From positions 60 through 64,059 of the forward strand of contig CALGGB010000312.1 in NCBI GenBank assembly GCA_937880925.1: a stretch of 64,000 bases of DNA, given 5' to 3'. This DNA comes from an uncultured Rhodospirillaceae bacterium (GTDB lineage: Bacteria; Pseudomonadota; Alphaproteobacteria; SP197). Both the position numbers and the translations under genes were made by a program. The notes beneath the pieces were generated by a model. The model did not search any database. It was not told the origin of the DNA and saw only the letters and a program-made list of their open reading frames with translations. Of the stretch, positions 50,311-59,791 are shown piece by piece (within the stretch, counting starts at the first letter, position 1; each line of letters starts with the position of its first letter).

Positions 50311-51240
50311 ATGACGGTGCGCCCCAAACTGCCTTCCCTGCCTGCTCTTGCCGCCTTCGAGGCGGCGGTGCGCCATGGTTCCTTCACGCTGGCCGCGCGC
50401 GAACGCAACGTGCAGCAGCCCGCGATCAGCCGGCGCATCGCCGAGCTGGAAGACGAACTGGGGGTCACCCTGTTTGATCGTACCCGTCCGAACCTGCGCC
50501 TGACCGCCGACGGCGAACGTCTGGCTGCCGCGGTCGGCCACGGCCTGGGTCACATCGCGCAGGCGGTCGCCCTGATTCGCGAGCGCGGCGCGCGGCCCGG
50601 TCTGGTGGTCGACGTCACCATCGGCTTTGCCAGTTGCTGGCTGCTGGCGCGTATGGCGGGCTTCCGGGCCCTCTATCCCGACATCGAGATTCAGGTCACG
50701 ACCCGCGACGGCAACCGCGCCTTCGATGCCGAGCGCAGCGACGTCATCGTGCTGTTCAGCGATGACGAGGAACCGGGCGCCATCAACCGCAAGATTTTCG
50801 GCGAGACCCTGTTTCCGGTCGCCAGCCCGGCACTGGACACGGCAGGCCCGGCCATGACGCCGGACGACCTGCTGCAATCGCGCCTGCTCTTCCTGCGCGA
50901 TCGCATGCACGGCGGCGACTGGGCCCTGCTGCTGGAGGACAAGGGGTTGGCCGCCCCGGCGCCGCAGGCCGACGCCGAGTTCAACAGCTACATCGTCTAT
51001 CTGCAGGCGATCCTCAACGGCGAGGGTATCGGGCTGGGCTGGTCACACCTGATGGACGACCTGCTGGCCGCCGGGCGGCTGCAGCGTGTCGGCACCCTGG
51101 CGCGCACGACGCCGCGCGGCTACGTCTGCGTTCTGCCCGCAGGCAGGACGCCGCGCCCGGAGGCGCTTGCCTTTGTCGACTGGGTGACCGCGCAGGCCGG
51201 GGCGGCCACGTCAGCGGTCAGGGCTCCAGGAAGCCCATGA
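50311..51240 (+). CDS. LysR family transcriptional regulator, divergent from the hydroxylase operon
   Basis: LysR HTH ([40 protein letters not shown]) plus a substrate-binding domain. Confidence 0.85.
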   Translation: MTVRPKLPSLPALAAFEAAVRHGSFTLAARERNVQQPAISRRIAELEDELGVTLFDRTRPNLRLTADGERLAAAVGHGLGHIAQAVALIRERGARPGLVVDVTIGFASCWLLARMAGFRALYPDIEIQVTTRDGNRAFDAERSDVIVLFSDDEEPGAINRKIFGETLFPVASPALDTAGPAMTPDDLLQSRLLFLRDRMHGGDWALLLEDKGLAAPAPQADAEFNSYIVYLQAILNGEGIGLGWSHLMDDLLAAGRLQRVGTLARTTPRGYVCVLPAGRTPRPEALAFVDWVTAQAGAATSAVRAPGSP

Positions 51241-52210
51241 TCTCCTCGACCTGCTTCTGGATCGGCTCGGCGATGGCGCGCGCCCGTTCGGCGCCGTCGC
51301 GCAGCACGCCGTCAACGTAAGCAGGATCGCCCATCAGGCGCTTCATCTCCTCGCCGATCGGGCCGAGCTTCTCGACCGCAAGGTCGGTGAGTTCGCCCTT
51401 GAAGGCACTGAACTGGGCATCGGCGAACTTCTCGACCACGGCCTGGCGCGTGCTGTCGGCAAGGGCGGCGTAGATGGTGATCAGGTTGGCCGCCTCGGGG
51501 CGGTTCTCCTGATCGTAGGTGACGCCGGGTTCGCTGTCGGTGCGCGCCTTGCGGAACTTCTGGGCGATGGCGTCGCGCCCGTCGGTGAGGTTGATGCGCG
51601 AATACTCGCTGACATCGGACTTCGACATCTTCTTGGTGCCGTCGCGCAGCGACATGACGCGCGTCGCCTCGCCCGTGATCACGGGCTCGGGCAGGGGGAA
51701 GAACTCCGCGCCGTACTGGCGGTTGAAGGCGCCGGCGATGTCGCGCGCCAGTTCCAGATGCTGCTTCTGGTCCTCGCCCACGGGGACGTGGGTGGCGTGA
51801 TAACCTAGGATGTCGGCGGCCATCAGCACGGGATAGCCGTAAAGCCCCAGGCTCGCCTGATCCTTCTGCTTGCCGGCCTTCTCCTTGAACTGGGTCATGC
51901 GGTTGAGCCAGCCCAGCGGCGTCAGGCATGAGAGCATCCAGGCAAGCTGGCTGTGCATGCGCACGCGGCTCTGGTTGAAGATGACGCAGCGTTTGGGGTC
52001 AAGGCCCGCGGCAAGGAAACCCGCGGTCACTTCGCGCGTGGCGCGGCGCAGTTCGTCGGGCTCGTAGGGCAGCGTGATCGCGTGCAGATCGACGATGCAG
52101 TAGATGCCCTCGAAATCGTCCTGCATGGCCACGAAGCGCTTCAACGCCCCGAGGTAATTGCCAAGGTGCAGGTTGCCGGTCGGCTGGATGCCGGAAAAGA
52201 CCCGGTTCAT
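51218..52210 (-). CDS. trpS: tryptophan--tRNA ligase TrpS
   Basis: [21 protein letters not shown] (HIGH motif region) and KMSKS (KMSKSD). Start is the ATG at 52210; the gene is 331 aa. Confidence 0.9.
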   Translation of the reverse strand: MNRVFSGIQPTGNLHLGNYLGALKRFVAMQDDFEGIYCIVDLHAITLPYEPDELRRATREVTAGFLAAGLDPKRCVIFNQSRVRMHSQLAWMLSCLTPLGWLNRMTQFKEKAGKQKDQASLGLYGYPVLMAADILGYHATHVPVGEDQKQHLELARDIAGAFNRQYGAEFFPLPEPVITGEATRVMSLRDGTKKMSKSDVSEYSRINLTDGRDAIAQKFRKARTDSEPGVTYDQENRPEAANLITIYAALADSTRQAVVEKFADAQFSAFKGELTDLAVEKLGPIGEEMKRLMGDPAYVDGVLRDGAERARAIAEPIQKQVEEIMGFLEP

Positions 52211-52323
52211 GTCTGGCTCCGTTGCGCGATGGCGCGCGTGATCAGGTGTGGGAAGGCGCGCGTCATCAGGTCCGCGATGGCGGGCGTTATCGTATGCGCC
52301 CGGTGGACGGTCAAGCAGGCCGC

Positions 52324-53001
52324 TCAGGCCAAGGGCGGGCGGCGACCGAAGATCGCCGTGCCGACGCGGACATGGGTCGCACCGAAGGCGACGGCCACGG
52401 CATAGTCGCCCGACATGCCCATGGAAAGCTGGACGAGATCGTTGCGCCTGGCGATCTCCGCCAGCAGGGCAAAGTGGTGGCTGGGTTCCTCTTCCACCGG
52501 GGGGATGCACATCAGGCCGACGACATTGAGCCCGGCCTCCCGCGCCGCCGCCACCAGGGCGTCGGTCTCCTCGGGCAGGCAGCCGGCCTTCTGGGGCTCC
52601 TCTCCAGTGTTGACCTGGACGAAGCAGGCGGGATGACGGTCCTGCTTCTCCACCTCCTTGGCCAGTGCCTTGACCAACTTCTCACGGTCGATGCTCTCGA
52701 TGACATCGAAGAGCGCGACGGCTTCCCTGGCCTTGTTGGTCTGCAGCGGGCCGATCAGGTGGAGCTCGATATCGGGAAAGCGCGCCTTCAGCGCCGGCCA
52801 CTTGGCCTCGGCCTCCTGCACGCGGTTCTCGCCGAAGACACGCTGGCCGGCTTCCAGAGCGGGGAGGATGCGTTCGGCCTCATGGGTCTTGGAGACCGCG
52901 ACCAGCGTCACGGCATCGCCATCGCGGCCGGCATCGCGCGCGGCCTGCGCGATCTCGGCCTGTACGGCGGCAAGGTTTTCGGCGACGTCCTGATTGCTCA
53001 T
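52324..53001 (-). CDS. yggS: YggS family pyridoxal-phosphate homeostasis protein
   Basis: The PLP-lysine region [13 protein letters not shown] and the overall YggS/PROSC pattern. Its ATG overlaps the stop of the last sulfotransferase gene (ATGA). Confidence 0.85.
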   Translation of the reverse strand: MSNQDVAENLAAVQAEIAQAARDAGRDGDAVTLVAVSKTHEAERILPALEAGQRVFGENRVQEAEAKWPALKARFPDIELHLIGPLQTNKAREAVALFDVIESIDREKLVKALAKEVEKQDRHPACFVQVNTGEEPQKAGCLPEETDALVAAAREAGLNVVGLMCIPPVEEEPSHHFALLAEIARRNDLVQLSMGMSGDYAVAVAFGATHVRVGTAIFGRRPPLA

Positions 53002-53834
53002 GCTTCCTCGTCCAGATAGCCAAAGCGGCGCATTACCGCGCCGTGGTCGGCCTCGATGCGTGCGCGCTGCTTGTCGCTGAGGATAGCGCGCCAGCCGCCC
53101 GAACGTCCCTTGCGGAAGAACTTCTCCTGCTTTTCCGAACGCTCGCCGAAGCCCTTGCGGCTTTCCTGGCGCGTCAGCTTGTCGAAGGCGGTGTTCTCGA
53201 TCGCTTTCCTGACCACCGAGGCCGGCACATCCAGATGGAGGAAGGTCACGACCTGGCCGAAGGTCTGCTTGGGCCGGGCGAGCATGTCCTCGTAGCGCAC
53301 ATGGGTCACCGTCGCGCCCTCCTGAGCCGTCCAGCTCGAGACGTGCTGCGACCAGGTGCCGAGGAACTCCGCCACGCCCTTGTCCCCGACCTCGGTCATG
53401 GCGTCGGCCGTCGCCATGCTCTCGATCGTGGAGTCGATGGTGACGCCCAGGTGATCGGCATAGGAGACCACGACGTCGCGCGGGTCGCGCACGATGTAGA
53501 TCGCGCCCAGGGTGAGATCGGGATCGTGACTGGGCGTGCCCGAGAGGCCCGTGAGCATGGAGTGGGTCTTGACCAGCACGGTGCCGGGTCTGCTTTCGGC
53601 CATGGCGCGCTGCACGCGCGGGCGCAGGCGCACCACATCCTCGGCGTCCATCTCCTCCCAGGGTTTGGTAAGGAAAGGTTCGTAGTAGCGCCGCCCGGCA
53701 TCCATCATCGCGGTCCTGGAGATGGCGTTGAGATCGAGCGGTCCGCCGCGGTCATGGATGACGTTGTGCAGGAAGGCGCGCATCCAGGTGTTGCCGGATT
53801 TGGGATAACTCGCCAGCCAGAGAATCTTGCCCAT
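52998..53834 (-). CDS. PAPS-dependent sulfotransferase family protein, paralog 1 of 10 (subtype B)
   Basis: Starts MGKILWLASYPKSGNTW (5'-PSB motif) and has a VKTH catalytic His, IVRDPRDV (3'-PB) and FFRKGRSGGWR. Start is the internal Met of ORF 52998..53930, overlapping the stop of paralog 2 (TGATG). Confidence 0.85.
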   Translation of the reverse strand: MGKILWLASYPKSGNTWMRAFLHNVIHDRGGPLDLNAISRTAMMDAGRRYYEPFLTKPWEEMDAEDVVRLRPRVQRAMAESRPGTVLVKTHSMLTGLSGTPSHDPDLTLGAIYIVRDPRDVVVSYADHLGVTIDSTIESMATADAMTEVGDKGVAEFLGTWSQHVSSWTAQEGATVTHVRYEDMLARPKQTFGQVVTFLHLDVPASVVRKAIENTAFDKLTRQESRKGFGERSEKQEKFFRKGRSGGWRAILSDKQRARIEADHGAVMRRFGYLDEEA

Positions 53835-54670
53835 CACACAGCCTCGGGCAGGTAGCCGAAACGCGCCATCTGCTGGCCGTGGCGATCGATGATGCGCTGG
53901 GCCTGTTCGCTCGTGAGGTCGCGGCGCCATGCGCCAACCCCGCCGCCCCCGAAAAAACGCCTCTTCTCGCTGGCACTCTCGACAAACCCCTCCTCGCGCT
54001 CCTGGTCGCGCAGGTTTTCGATATCGCTGTGGGCAATGGCACGCTCAAGCCGTTCGGACGGCACATCCAGGCCCAGGAATCGGGTCAGGCCGCCGAAGGC
54101 GGCGACCGGGTCGGCGACCATGTCCTCGTAGCGCATGACATGGATGCGGGGATGGGGTTGCTGCGTCCAGCTCTTCACGTTCTGCGACCAGCCGCCCTGG
54201 AGATAGGGAAACACATCGCGGAAACGTTTGGTCACGTAGTCCTTGCGCGCCATCACCTCGATCGTCTGGTCGATGGTCGTGCCGTTGTGCCGGGCATAGG
54301 ACTGGGCGACATCCAGCGGATTGCGCACGATGTAGATCGCGCCCGAGAGCACATCCTGGGCAAACGGCGGCACGCCTTCCCAGGGCAGCAATGCGGCATG
54401 GGTCTTCATGAAGATGGTGTCGGGACCCAGCCCCGCGACATGGCGCTGGGCGGCATGGCGCAGGCGCGCGACATGTTCGTAGGACCAGGTGCTGTCGTCG
54501 CTGTCATCGACCGCGCGGTACCATTCGCCTGCGGTGTCGCCGGTCGAGAGCTTGCCGATCTCGGCCAGCGGCACGGGTTCCTTGCTGTTGGTGAACAGGT
54601 TGACGAGGAAGATCCGCGTCCAGGTGTTGCCCGATTTCGGGTAGCTGGCCAGCATCAGAAGATTGCCCAT
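53834..54670 (-). CDS. PAPS-dependent sulfotransferase family protein, paralog 2 of 10 (subtype A)
   Basis: MGNLLMLASYPKSGNTW, MKTHAAL, IVRNPLDV, FFGGGGVGAWRRDL, C-terminal MARFGYLPEAV. Confidence 0.85.
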   Translation of the reverse strand: MGNLLMLASYPKSGNTWTRIFLVNLFTNSKEPVPLAEIGKLSTGDTAGEWYRAVDDSDDSTWSYEHVARLRHAAQRHVAGLGPDTIFMKTHAALLPWEGVPPFAQDVLSGAIYIVRNPLDVAQSYARHNGTTIDQTIEVMARKDYVTKRFRDVFPYLQGGWSQNVKSWTQQPHPRIHVMRYEDMVADPVAAFGGLTRFLGLDVPSERLERAIAHSDIENLRDQEREEGFVESASEKRRFFGGGGVGAWRRDLTSEQAQRIIDRHGQQMARFGYLPEAV

Positions 54671-54679
54671 GGTCGGCTC

Positions 54680-55516
54680 CTAACGCTCCCCGGGAAGGTA
54701 GTCGAAGCGCGCCATCTGCTCGCCATGGCTCTTCACGATGGCATCGACCTGCGCCGCGCTCAGGGCCTCGCGCCAGCCGCCGGCACGGCCGGAGCGGAAG
54801 AATCGATCCTGTGCCGGCGTGCGCTCGACGAACCCTGCCCTGGCCTCCATCGCGGCGACCTTGTCGAAGGCGGCGTTGTCAGCCGCCCTGCGCACGCTCG
54901 CCTCGTCGGTCTCGATACGCATGAAGCGGGCAAGGGCAAGGAAGCTTCCGGCCGGGTCGGCCAGCATGTCTTCGTAACGCATGACATGGAGCTGGGGTGA
55001 GGCCTGGGTCGTCCAGCTTGCGACATGCTGGGACCAGGAACCCATGACCTCGTTGACATTGGTGGCGTTGGTCGGCGTGCGGAACATGCTCTGGCCCATC
55101 AGCGCGATAATGGCGTCGATCTCCACGCCCTGGTGATGGGCATAGGAGACCGCGACATCAAGCGGATTGCGCACGACATAGATCGCGCCGTGGCTGACCG
55201 CCATGTTGATCGACGGCACGCCGTGGTCGCGCACGAAGGCGCTGTGGGTCTTGACCGGAACGATGCCGGGGCCGGTGGCGGCGATGCGCTCCTGAACCTT
55301 GGGGCGCATGCGCGCGATCTCGGCCGGGCTCCATTGCTGCCAGGGTCGCCGATCGACAAGCGCGAACCCCGCCGTGCCCGGTTCGGCGAGCGTTGCCTCC
55401 CCGACCCGGTTGATGTCGACCGGTGCGCCATCGCCCTTCAGCAGATTGGCAAGGAAGATGCGGACCCAGGTGTTGCCCGACTTGGGGTAGCTGGCGAGCC
55501 AGAGAATGCGTCCCAT
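54680..55516 (-). CDS. PAPS-dependent sulfotransferase family protein, paralog 3 of 10 (subtype B)
   Basis: MGRILWLASYPKSGNTW, VKTHSAF, VVRNPLDV, FFRSGRAGGWR, C-terminal MARFDYLPGER. Confidence 0.85.
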   Translation of the reverse strand: MGRILWLASYPKSGNTWVRIFLANLLKGDGAPVDINRVGEATLAEPGTAGFALVDRRPWQQWSPAEIARMRPKVQERIAATGPGIVPVKTHSAFVRDHGVPSINMAVSHGAIYVVRNPLDVAVSYAHHQGVEIDAIIALMGQSMFRTPTNATNVNEVMGSWSQHVASWTTQASPQLHVMRYEDMLADPAGSFLALARFMRIETDEASVRRAADNAAFDKVAAMEARAGFVERTPAQDRFFRSGRAGGWREALSAAQVDAIVKSHGEQMARFDYLPGER

Positions 55517-55518
55517 GG

Positions 55519-56379
55519 CTACCAGCCCTCCGGCACGTAGCCGAAGCGGGTCATCTGCGCCCGGTGGCGCGCAACGATGGCGCGGGCCTCTGCCTCGGGC
55601 AGGTCGCGCTTCCAGGCATCGACGCCGCCACGTCCGAAGAAGGCCTGCTCACCCCCCTTGCCGAACAGGTTCTTCGTACCGCTGCGGCCGAACTCGCCGT
55701 CGCGCGTTTCCAGTTCCTTGAGCACCGGCAGTGCGCTGTTGGCAAGCGCCCGCTCGAAGCGTTCTCCAGTCGCCTCAAGCCCCAGGAACCGGCAGATGCC
55801 GCCGAAGCCCTCCTGAGGCTTCGCCACTATGTCCTCGTAACGCACGACATGAAGGCGGGGATGGGGCTTTGCGGTCCAGCTCGCGACATGCTGGGACCAG
55901 CCGCCCAGGAGATACTCCACCTCATCGGCCGAACGCGTGAGCATGAAATCGCGCGTGCCCATGGTTTCGACCATGCGCGCGGTGGCGACCTTGCTGTGGC
56001 GGGCATAGGACGGCGCCACGTCGAGCGGGTTGCGCACGATGCAGATGGCGCCGGCCATCAGTTTGGGCGCGAACGGCGGCAGTCCCGCCATCGGCAACAG
56101 TGCGGCATGGGTCTTCATGAAGGCGGTATCGGGCACCATGCCGGCAATATTCTCCTGCACCCGGTGGCGCATCGCGGCGACCTCGCCGGTGGTCCAGGCG
56201 GAGGGATCGCGCGCGTCAAGCTGGCGGTACCAGACCATGGCGACGTCGGAGGCCGAAAAGCGGCTGGCCTCCGAAGGCAGGATCGGCTCGGAGCGGTTGG
56301 CAAACAGGTTGGCAAGGAAGATGCGAAGCCAGGTGTTGCCGGACTTGGGGTAGCTCGCGAGATAGACGATGGCCGACAT
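55519..56379 (-). CDS. PAPS-dependent sulfotransferase family protein, paralog 4 of 10 (subtype A)
   Basis: MSAIVYLASYPKSGNTW, MKTHAAL, IVRNPLDV, FFGRGGVDAWKRDL, C-terminal MTRFGYVPEGW. Confidence 0.85.
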   Translation of the reverse strand: MSAIVYLASYPKSGNTWLRIFLANLFANRSEPILPSEASRFSASDVAMVWYRQLDARDPSAWTTGEVAAMRHRVQENIAGMVPDTAFMKTHAALLPMAGLPPFAPKLMAGAICIVRNPLDVAPSYARHSKVATARMVETMGTRDFMLTRSADEVEYLLGGWSQHVASWTAKPHPRLHVVRYEDIVAKPQEGFGGICRFLGLEATGERFERALANSALPVLKELETRDGEFGRSGTKNLFGKGGEQAFFGRGGVDAWKRDLPEAEARAIVARHRAQMTRFGYVPEGW

Positions 56380-56388
56380 GGCGACAGC

Positions 56389-57225
56389 CTACCAGCCATC
56401 GGGCAGATAGCCGAAACGGGCCATCTGGACACGGTGGCGCGCCACGATGCGGCGCGCCTGGGCTTCACTGAGATCGCGGCGCCAGGCATCGACACCGCCA
56501 CCGCCGAAAAAGGGCGTCGTCTCGTCTGGCCGTTCGGCGAAACCGTCGCGCGCCTCCATGGTGCGCAGCAGATTGATATCGCTGTTGGCGATGGCGCGCT
56601 CGAGGCGTTCGGGTGCGATGTCGAGACCCAGGAAACGCGCGACGCTGCCGAAGACCGAACGCGGCTGGGTGACCATGTCCTCGTAGCGCAGGACGTGGAT
56701 GCGCCGGTTCTTCTCGCGCGTCCAGCTCGCCACGTTCTGCGACCAGCCGCCCTGAAGATAGGGCAACACGCCCTTGGCGCGTGGCGGCACATAGTCCGCC
56801 CGCTCCATGACGTTGATGATGTTGTCGATGGGGATGGCGCTGTGGCGGGCATAGGAGGGCGCGATGTCGAGCGGATTGCGCACGATGCAGATCGCTCCCA
56901 GCGTCACCTCCGGGGCAAGCGGGGGCAGGCCGGCCATCGGGGCGAGCGCGGCGTGGGTTTTGACAAAGGCGGTGTCGGGTGTCTGCGCCGCGATGTAGCG
57001 CTGGACGTCATGGCGCAGCCTGGCGATATCCGCCAGGGTCCAGCTTGCCGGGTCGCGCTTGTCGACTTTTGTGTACCAGATCTCGGTGTTGTCGGCGGTT
57101 GTCCTTTCGCTGACCAGGTCCAGGGGGACAGGCTCGTCGCTGTCGCTGTAGAGGTTGAGCAGGAACAGGCGCAGCCAGGTGTTGCCGGACTTGGGGTAGG
57201 AGGCCAGGAAGACGATGTTGCCCAC
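56389..57225 (-). CDS. PAPS-dependent sulfotransferase family protein, paralog 5 of 10 (subtype A)
   Basis: MGNIVFLASYPKSGNTW, VKTHAAL, IVRNPLDI, FFGGGGVDAWRRDL, C-terminal MARFGYLPDGW. Confidence 0.85.
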   Translation of the reverse strand: MGNIVFLASYPKSGNTWLRLFLLNLYSDSDEPVPLDLVSERTTADNTEIWYTKVDKRDPASWTLADIARLRHDVQRYIAAQTPDTAFVKTHAALAPMAGLPPLAPEVTLGAICIVRNPLDIAPSYARHSAIPIDNIINVMERADYVPPRAKGVLPYLQGGWSQNVASWTREKNRRIHVLRYEDMVTQPRSVFGSVARFLGLDIAPERLERAIANSDINLLRTMEARDGFAERPDETTPFFGGGGVDAWRRDLSEAQARRIVARHRVQMARFGYLPDGW

Positions 57226-57228
57226 GGT

Positions 57229-58065
57229 TCAGCCTTCTTCGGGCAGATAGCCGAAGCGGGCCATCTGCGCGTGATGCTTCTCGACGACGCGGGCAACCTG
57301 TTGGGAGCTCAGCACATCGCGCCAGCCCCCGGCCCGGCCTTCGCGAAAGAAGCTCTTCTGGATTTTCGTCTTTTCCCAGAAACCGGAGCGTTCCTCCTGG
57401 CGGCGCAGTTCCTTGAACGAGGCGTTCTTGATCGCCTTGCGCAGCGCCTGGCGCGTCACCGGGATGCCGAGAAACTTCACCAGTCCGCCAAAGGCCGTCT
57501 GGGGATCGGCCAGCATGTCCTCGTAACGCATGACGTGGAGACCGGGATTGGGCCGGGCCGTCCAGCTTTCGACATGCTGGCTCCAGTTGCCCATGGGTTC
57601 GGCAACCGTGGTGTGGGTGGTGGGCGGCTCGTGGTTGTCGAGATTGAGTACCTCGATCGCCTTGTCGATCGGCAGGCCCTGGTGATCGGCAAAGGAAGGC
57701 ACGACATCGAGCGGATTGCGCACCAGGTAGATCGCGCCCGCTGTGACCGAAAGGTTGATCGTGGGATGTCCGTGGGCCTGCATGACCGCCAGGTGGGTCT
57801 TGGAGAACAGGTTGCCGGGCTGGGTCGAGGCGATCCAGGCCTGCACCCGGGGGCGCAGGGCGGCGACCTGCGCGGGTGTCCATTCCTGCCAGGGACGTTC
57901 CTCGAAGCGCACGAAGTTGGCTGTGGCCGCCTCGTTGGACGAAAGCTTGTCCATCTTGTTGATGTCGTAGGCACCGTCGCCACCAGCAAACAGGTTGTGC
58001 AGGAAGGCCCGCGTCCAGGTGTTGCCGGATTTCGGGTAGGACGCGATCCAGACGATCTTGCCCAT
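57229..58065 (-). CDS. PAPS-dependent sulfotransferase family protein, paralog 6 of 10 (subtype B)
   Basis: MGKIVWIASYPKSGNTW, SKTHLAV, LVRNPLDV, FFREGRAGGWR, C-terminal MARFGYLPEEG. Start is the internal Met of ORF 57229..58164. Confidence 0.85.
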   Translation of the reverse strand: MGKIVWIASYPKSGNTWTRAFLHNLFAGGDGAYDINKMDKLSSNEAATANFVRFEERPWQEWTPAQVAALRPRVQAWIASTQPGNLFSKTHLAVMQAHGHPTINLSVTAGAIYLVRNPLDVVPSFADHQGLPIDKAIEVLNLDNHEPPTTHTTVAEPMGNWSQHVESWTARPNPGLHVMRYEDMLADPQTAFGGLVKFLGIPVTRQALRKAIKNASFKELRRQEERSGFWEKTKIQKSFFREGRAGGWRDVLSSQQVARVVEKHHAQMARFGYLPEEG

Positions 58066-58067
58066 GA

Positions 58068-58907
58068 TCAGGCCTCCTCTGGCAGGTAGCCGAAGCGGGC
58101 CATCTGCTCGCGGTGATCGGCGATCACGCGGGCGGCCTGCCGGGCCGTCAGTTCCTGTCGCCACTGCCCGGCCGTACCCTTGCGGAAGAACGCCTTCTGA
58201 TGGGCCGGTTTTTCGGAGAAACCGTGTTCTTCTTCCTGCTTGCGCAGGCTCTTGAACGAAGCGTGTTCGATGGCGCGTTCAATCCGCTTGCGATCGAAGC
58301 GCTGGCCCAGATAGCCGGTGATGCCGGTGAAGGTTTTCACCGGCTGCTCCAGCAGATCCTCGTAGCGCATGACATGGACCCCCCGGTTCGTCTGGCCCGT
58401 CCAGCTTGCGACGTGCTGGGACCAGCTTGCCATGTGCTCGCTGACATTGCGTTCGTTGGTCGGCGTCGAGAACCCATCCGTTCCCATGATGGCGATGGCG
58501 GTATCGACGGCACAGGCCTGGAAGTCGGCAAAGGAAAGCACGATGTCGAGCGGGTTGCGCACGATGTAGATCGCCCCGGCGCTGACCGCCATGTTGACGG
58601 TTGGATGGCCGTTGATCGTGGTCAGCGCGTTGTGGGTCTTGCAGAAGACTGTGCCCTCTGCGCTGTCGGCGATCATCTTGTGGACGCGCGGGCGCATGCG
58701 CGCGATGTCGGCGGCCTTCCATTGCGCCGGCGGGCGCGGATCGGCGATGCGGTACCAGCCGATCGCCGATTCACCCTGGGCGAACATGCCGCTGGGACGG
58801 TCGACCGCCAGCGGCCGGGCGGCATCGTGCATCAGGTTGTCGAGGAAGGCGCGCACCCAGGTGTTGCCGGACTTGGGGTAGGAGGCGAGCCAGACGATGT
58901 TGCTCAC
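58068..58907 (-). CDS. PAPS-dependent sulfotransferase family protein, paralog 7 of 10 (subtype B)
   Basis: MSNIVWLASYPKSGNTW, CKTHNAL, IVRNPLDI, FFRKGTAGQWR, C-terminal MARFGYLPEEA. Confidence 0.85.
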   Translation of the reverse strand: MSNIVWLASYPKSGNTWVRAFLDNLMHDAARPLAVDRPSGMFAQGESAIGWYRIADPRPPAQWKAADIARMRPRVHKMIADSAEGTVFCKTHNALTTINGHPTVNMAVSAGAIYIVRNPLDIVLSFADFQACAVDTAIAIMGTDGFSTPTNERNVSEHMASWSQHVASWTGQTNRGVHVMRYEDLLEQPVKTFTGITGYLGQRFDRKRIERAIEHASFKSLRKQEEEHGFSEKPAHQKAFFRKGTAGQWRQELTARQAARVIADHREQMARFGYLPEEA

Positions 58908-59752
58908 GATGCCTCCCCTTGGGCCAGATAACCAAAGCGGGCCATCTGTTTGCCGTGGTCTGCGGCGATGCGGGCCGCCTGCTCCTGCGTGAGACTGTCG
59001 CGCCAGCCGCCGGCGACGCCGCGGCGGAAGAAACGCTCCTGGGCGGGCGAGCGTTCGTCGAAGCCGTCGCGGTCCTCCAGGGCACGCATGGTGGCAAAGG
59101 AGGTGTTGGCGATGGCGCGGTTGATCCGTTCCAGCGAGGCATCGAGCTTCAGGAAGTCGACCACCGCGCCGAAGGCCTTTTTCGGATTGGCATGGAGATC
59201 CTCGTAGCGCACGACGTGGATGGCGGGACTGGGCCGGGCGGTCCAGCTCGCGACATGCTGGGACCAGCTTCCCATCGGTTCGGCGACCTGGTTGTCACCC
59301 GCGGGCACCTCCAGGTTGGCGGTCGCCAGCGACGTGATGGCGGCGTCCACGGTGATGCCATGAAAGTCGGCAAAGGAAAGGGCGACATCGCGGGGATCGC
59401 GCACGATGTAGAGCGCACCGGCGGTGACCGACATCTCGATCGTGGGCACGCCGTGGATCAGAAGCAGCGGCAGGTGAGTCTTGCAGAAGACGCTGCCCGG
59501 ATGGGAGGCGGCGATGGTCTTCTGCACGGCAGGGCGCATGCGCGCGAGCTCGGCAGAGGTCCATTGTGTCGGCGGGCGGCGGTCCAGTGTCTGGTACCAG
59601 TGCAGGGAGGATGCGCTGGCCGAAATTCGGCCACCACGCGTGGCCGACAGCGGCAACGGCTTTTCGGCATCGGCGAAGATGTGATGCAGGAACGCGCGCA
59701 GCCAGGTGTTGCCAGACTTCTGATAGGAGGAAAGCCAGATGATGTTACCCAT
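58904..59752 (-). CDS. PAPS-dependent sulfotransferase family protein, paralog 8 of 10 (subtype B, variant PSB motif SYQKSGNTW)
   Basis: MGNIIWLSSYQKSGNTW (P to Q in the 5'-PSB loop), CKTHLPL, IVRDPRDV, FFRRGVAGGWR. It overlaps paralog 7 by 4 nt. Confidence 0.8.
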   Translation of the reverse strand: MGNIIWLSSYQKSGNTWLRAFLHHIFADAEKPLPLSATRGGRISASASSLHWYQTLDRRPPTQWTSAELARMRPAVQKTIAASHPGSVFCKTHLPLLLIHGVPTIEMSVTAGALYIVRDPRDVALSFADFHGITVDAAITSLATANLEVPAGDNQVAEPMGSWSQHVASWTARPSPAIHVVRYEDLHANPKKAFGAVVDFLKLDASLERINRAIANTSFATMRALEDRDGFDERSPAQERFFRRGVAGGWRDSLTQEQAARIAADHGKQMARFGYLAQGEAS

Positions 59753-59791
59753 GGCCCGGCCCCCCGCACGCGCGGTGATCGCTGCGACACC

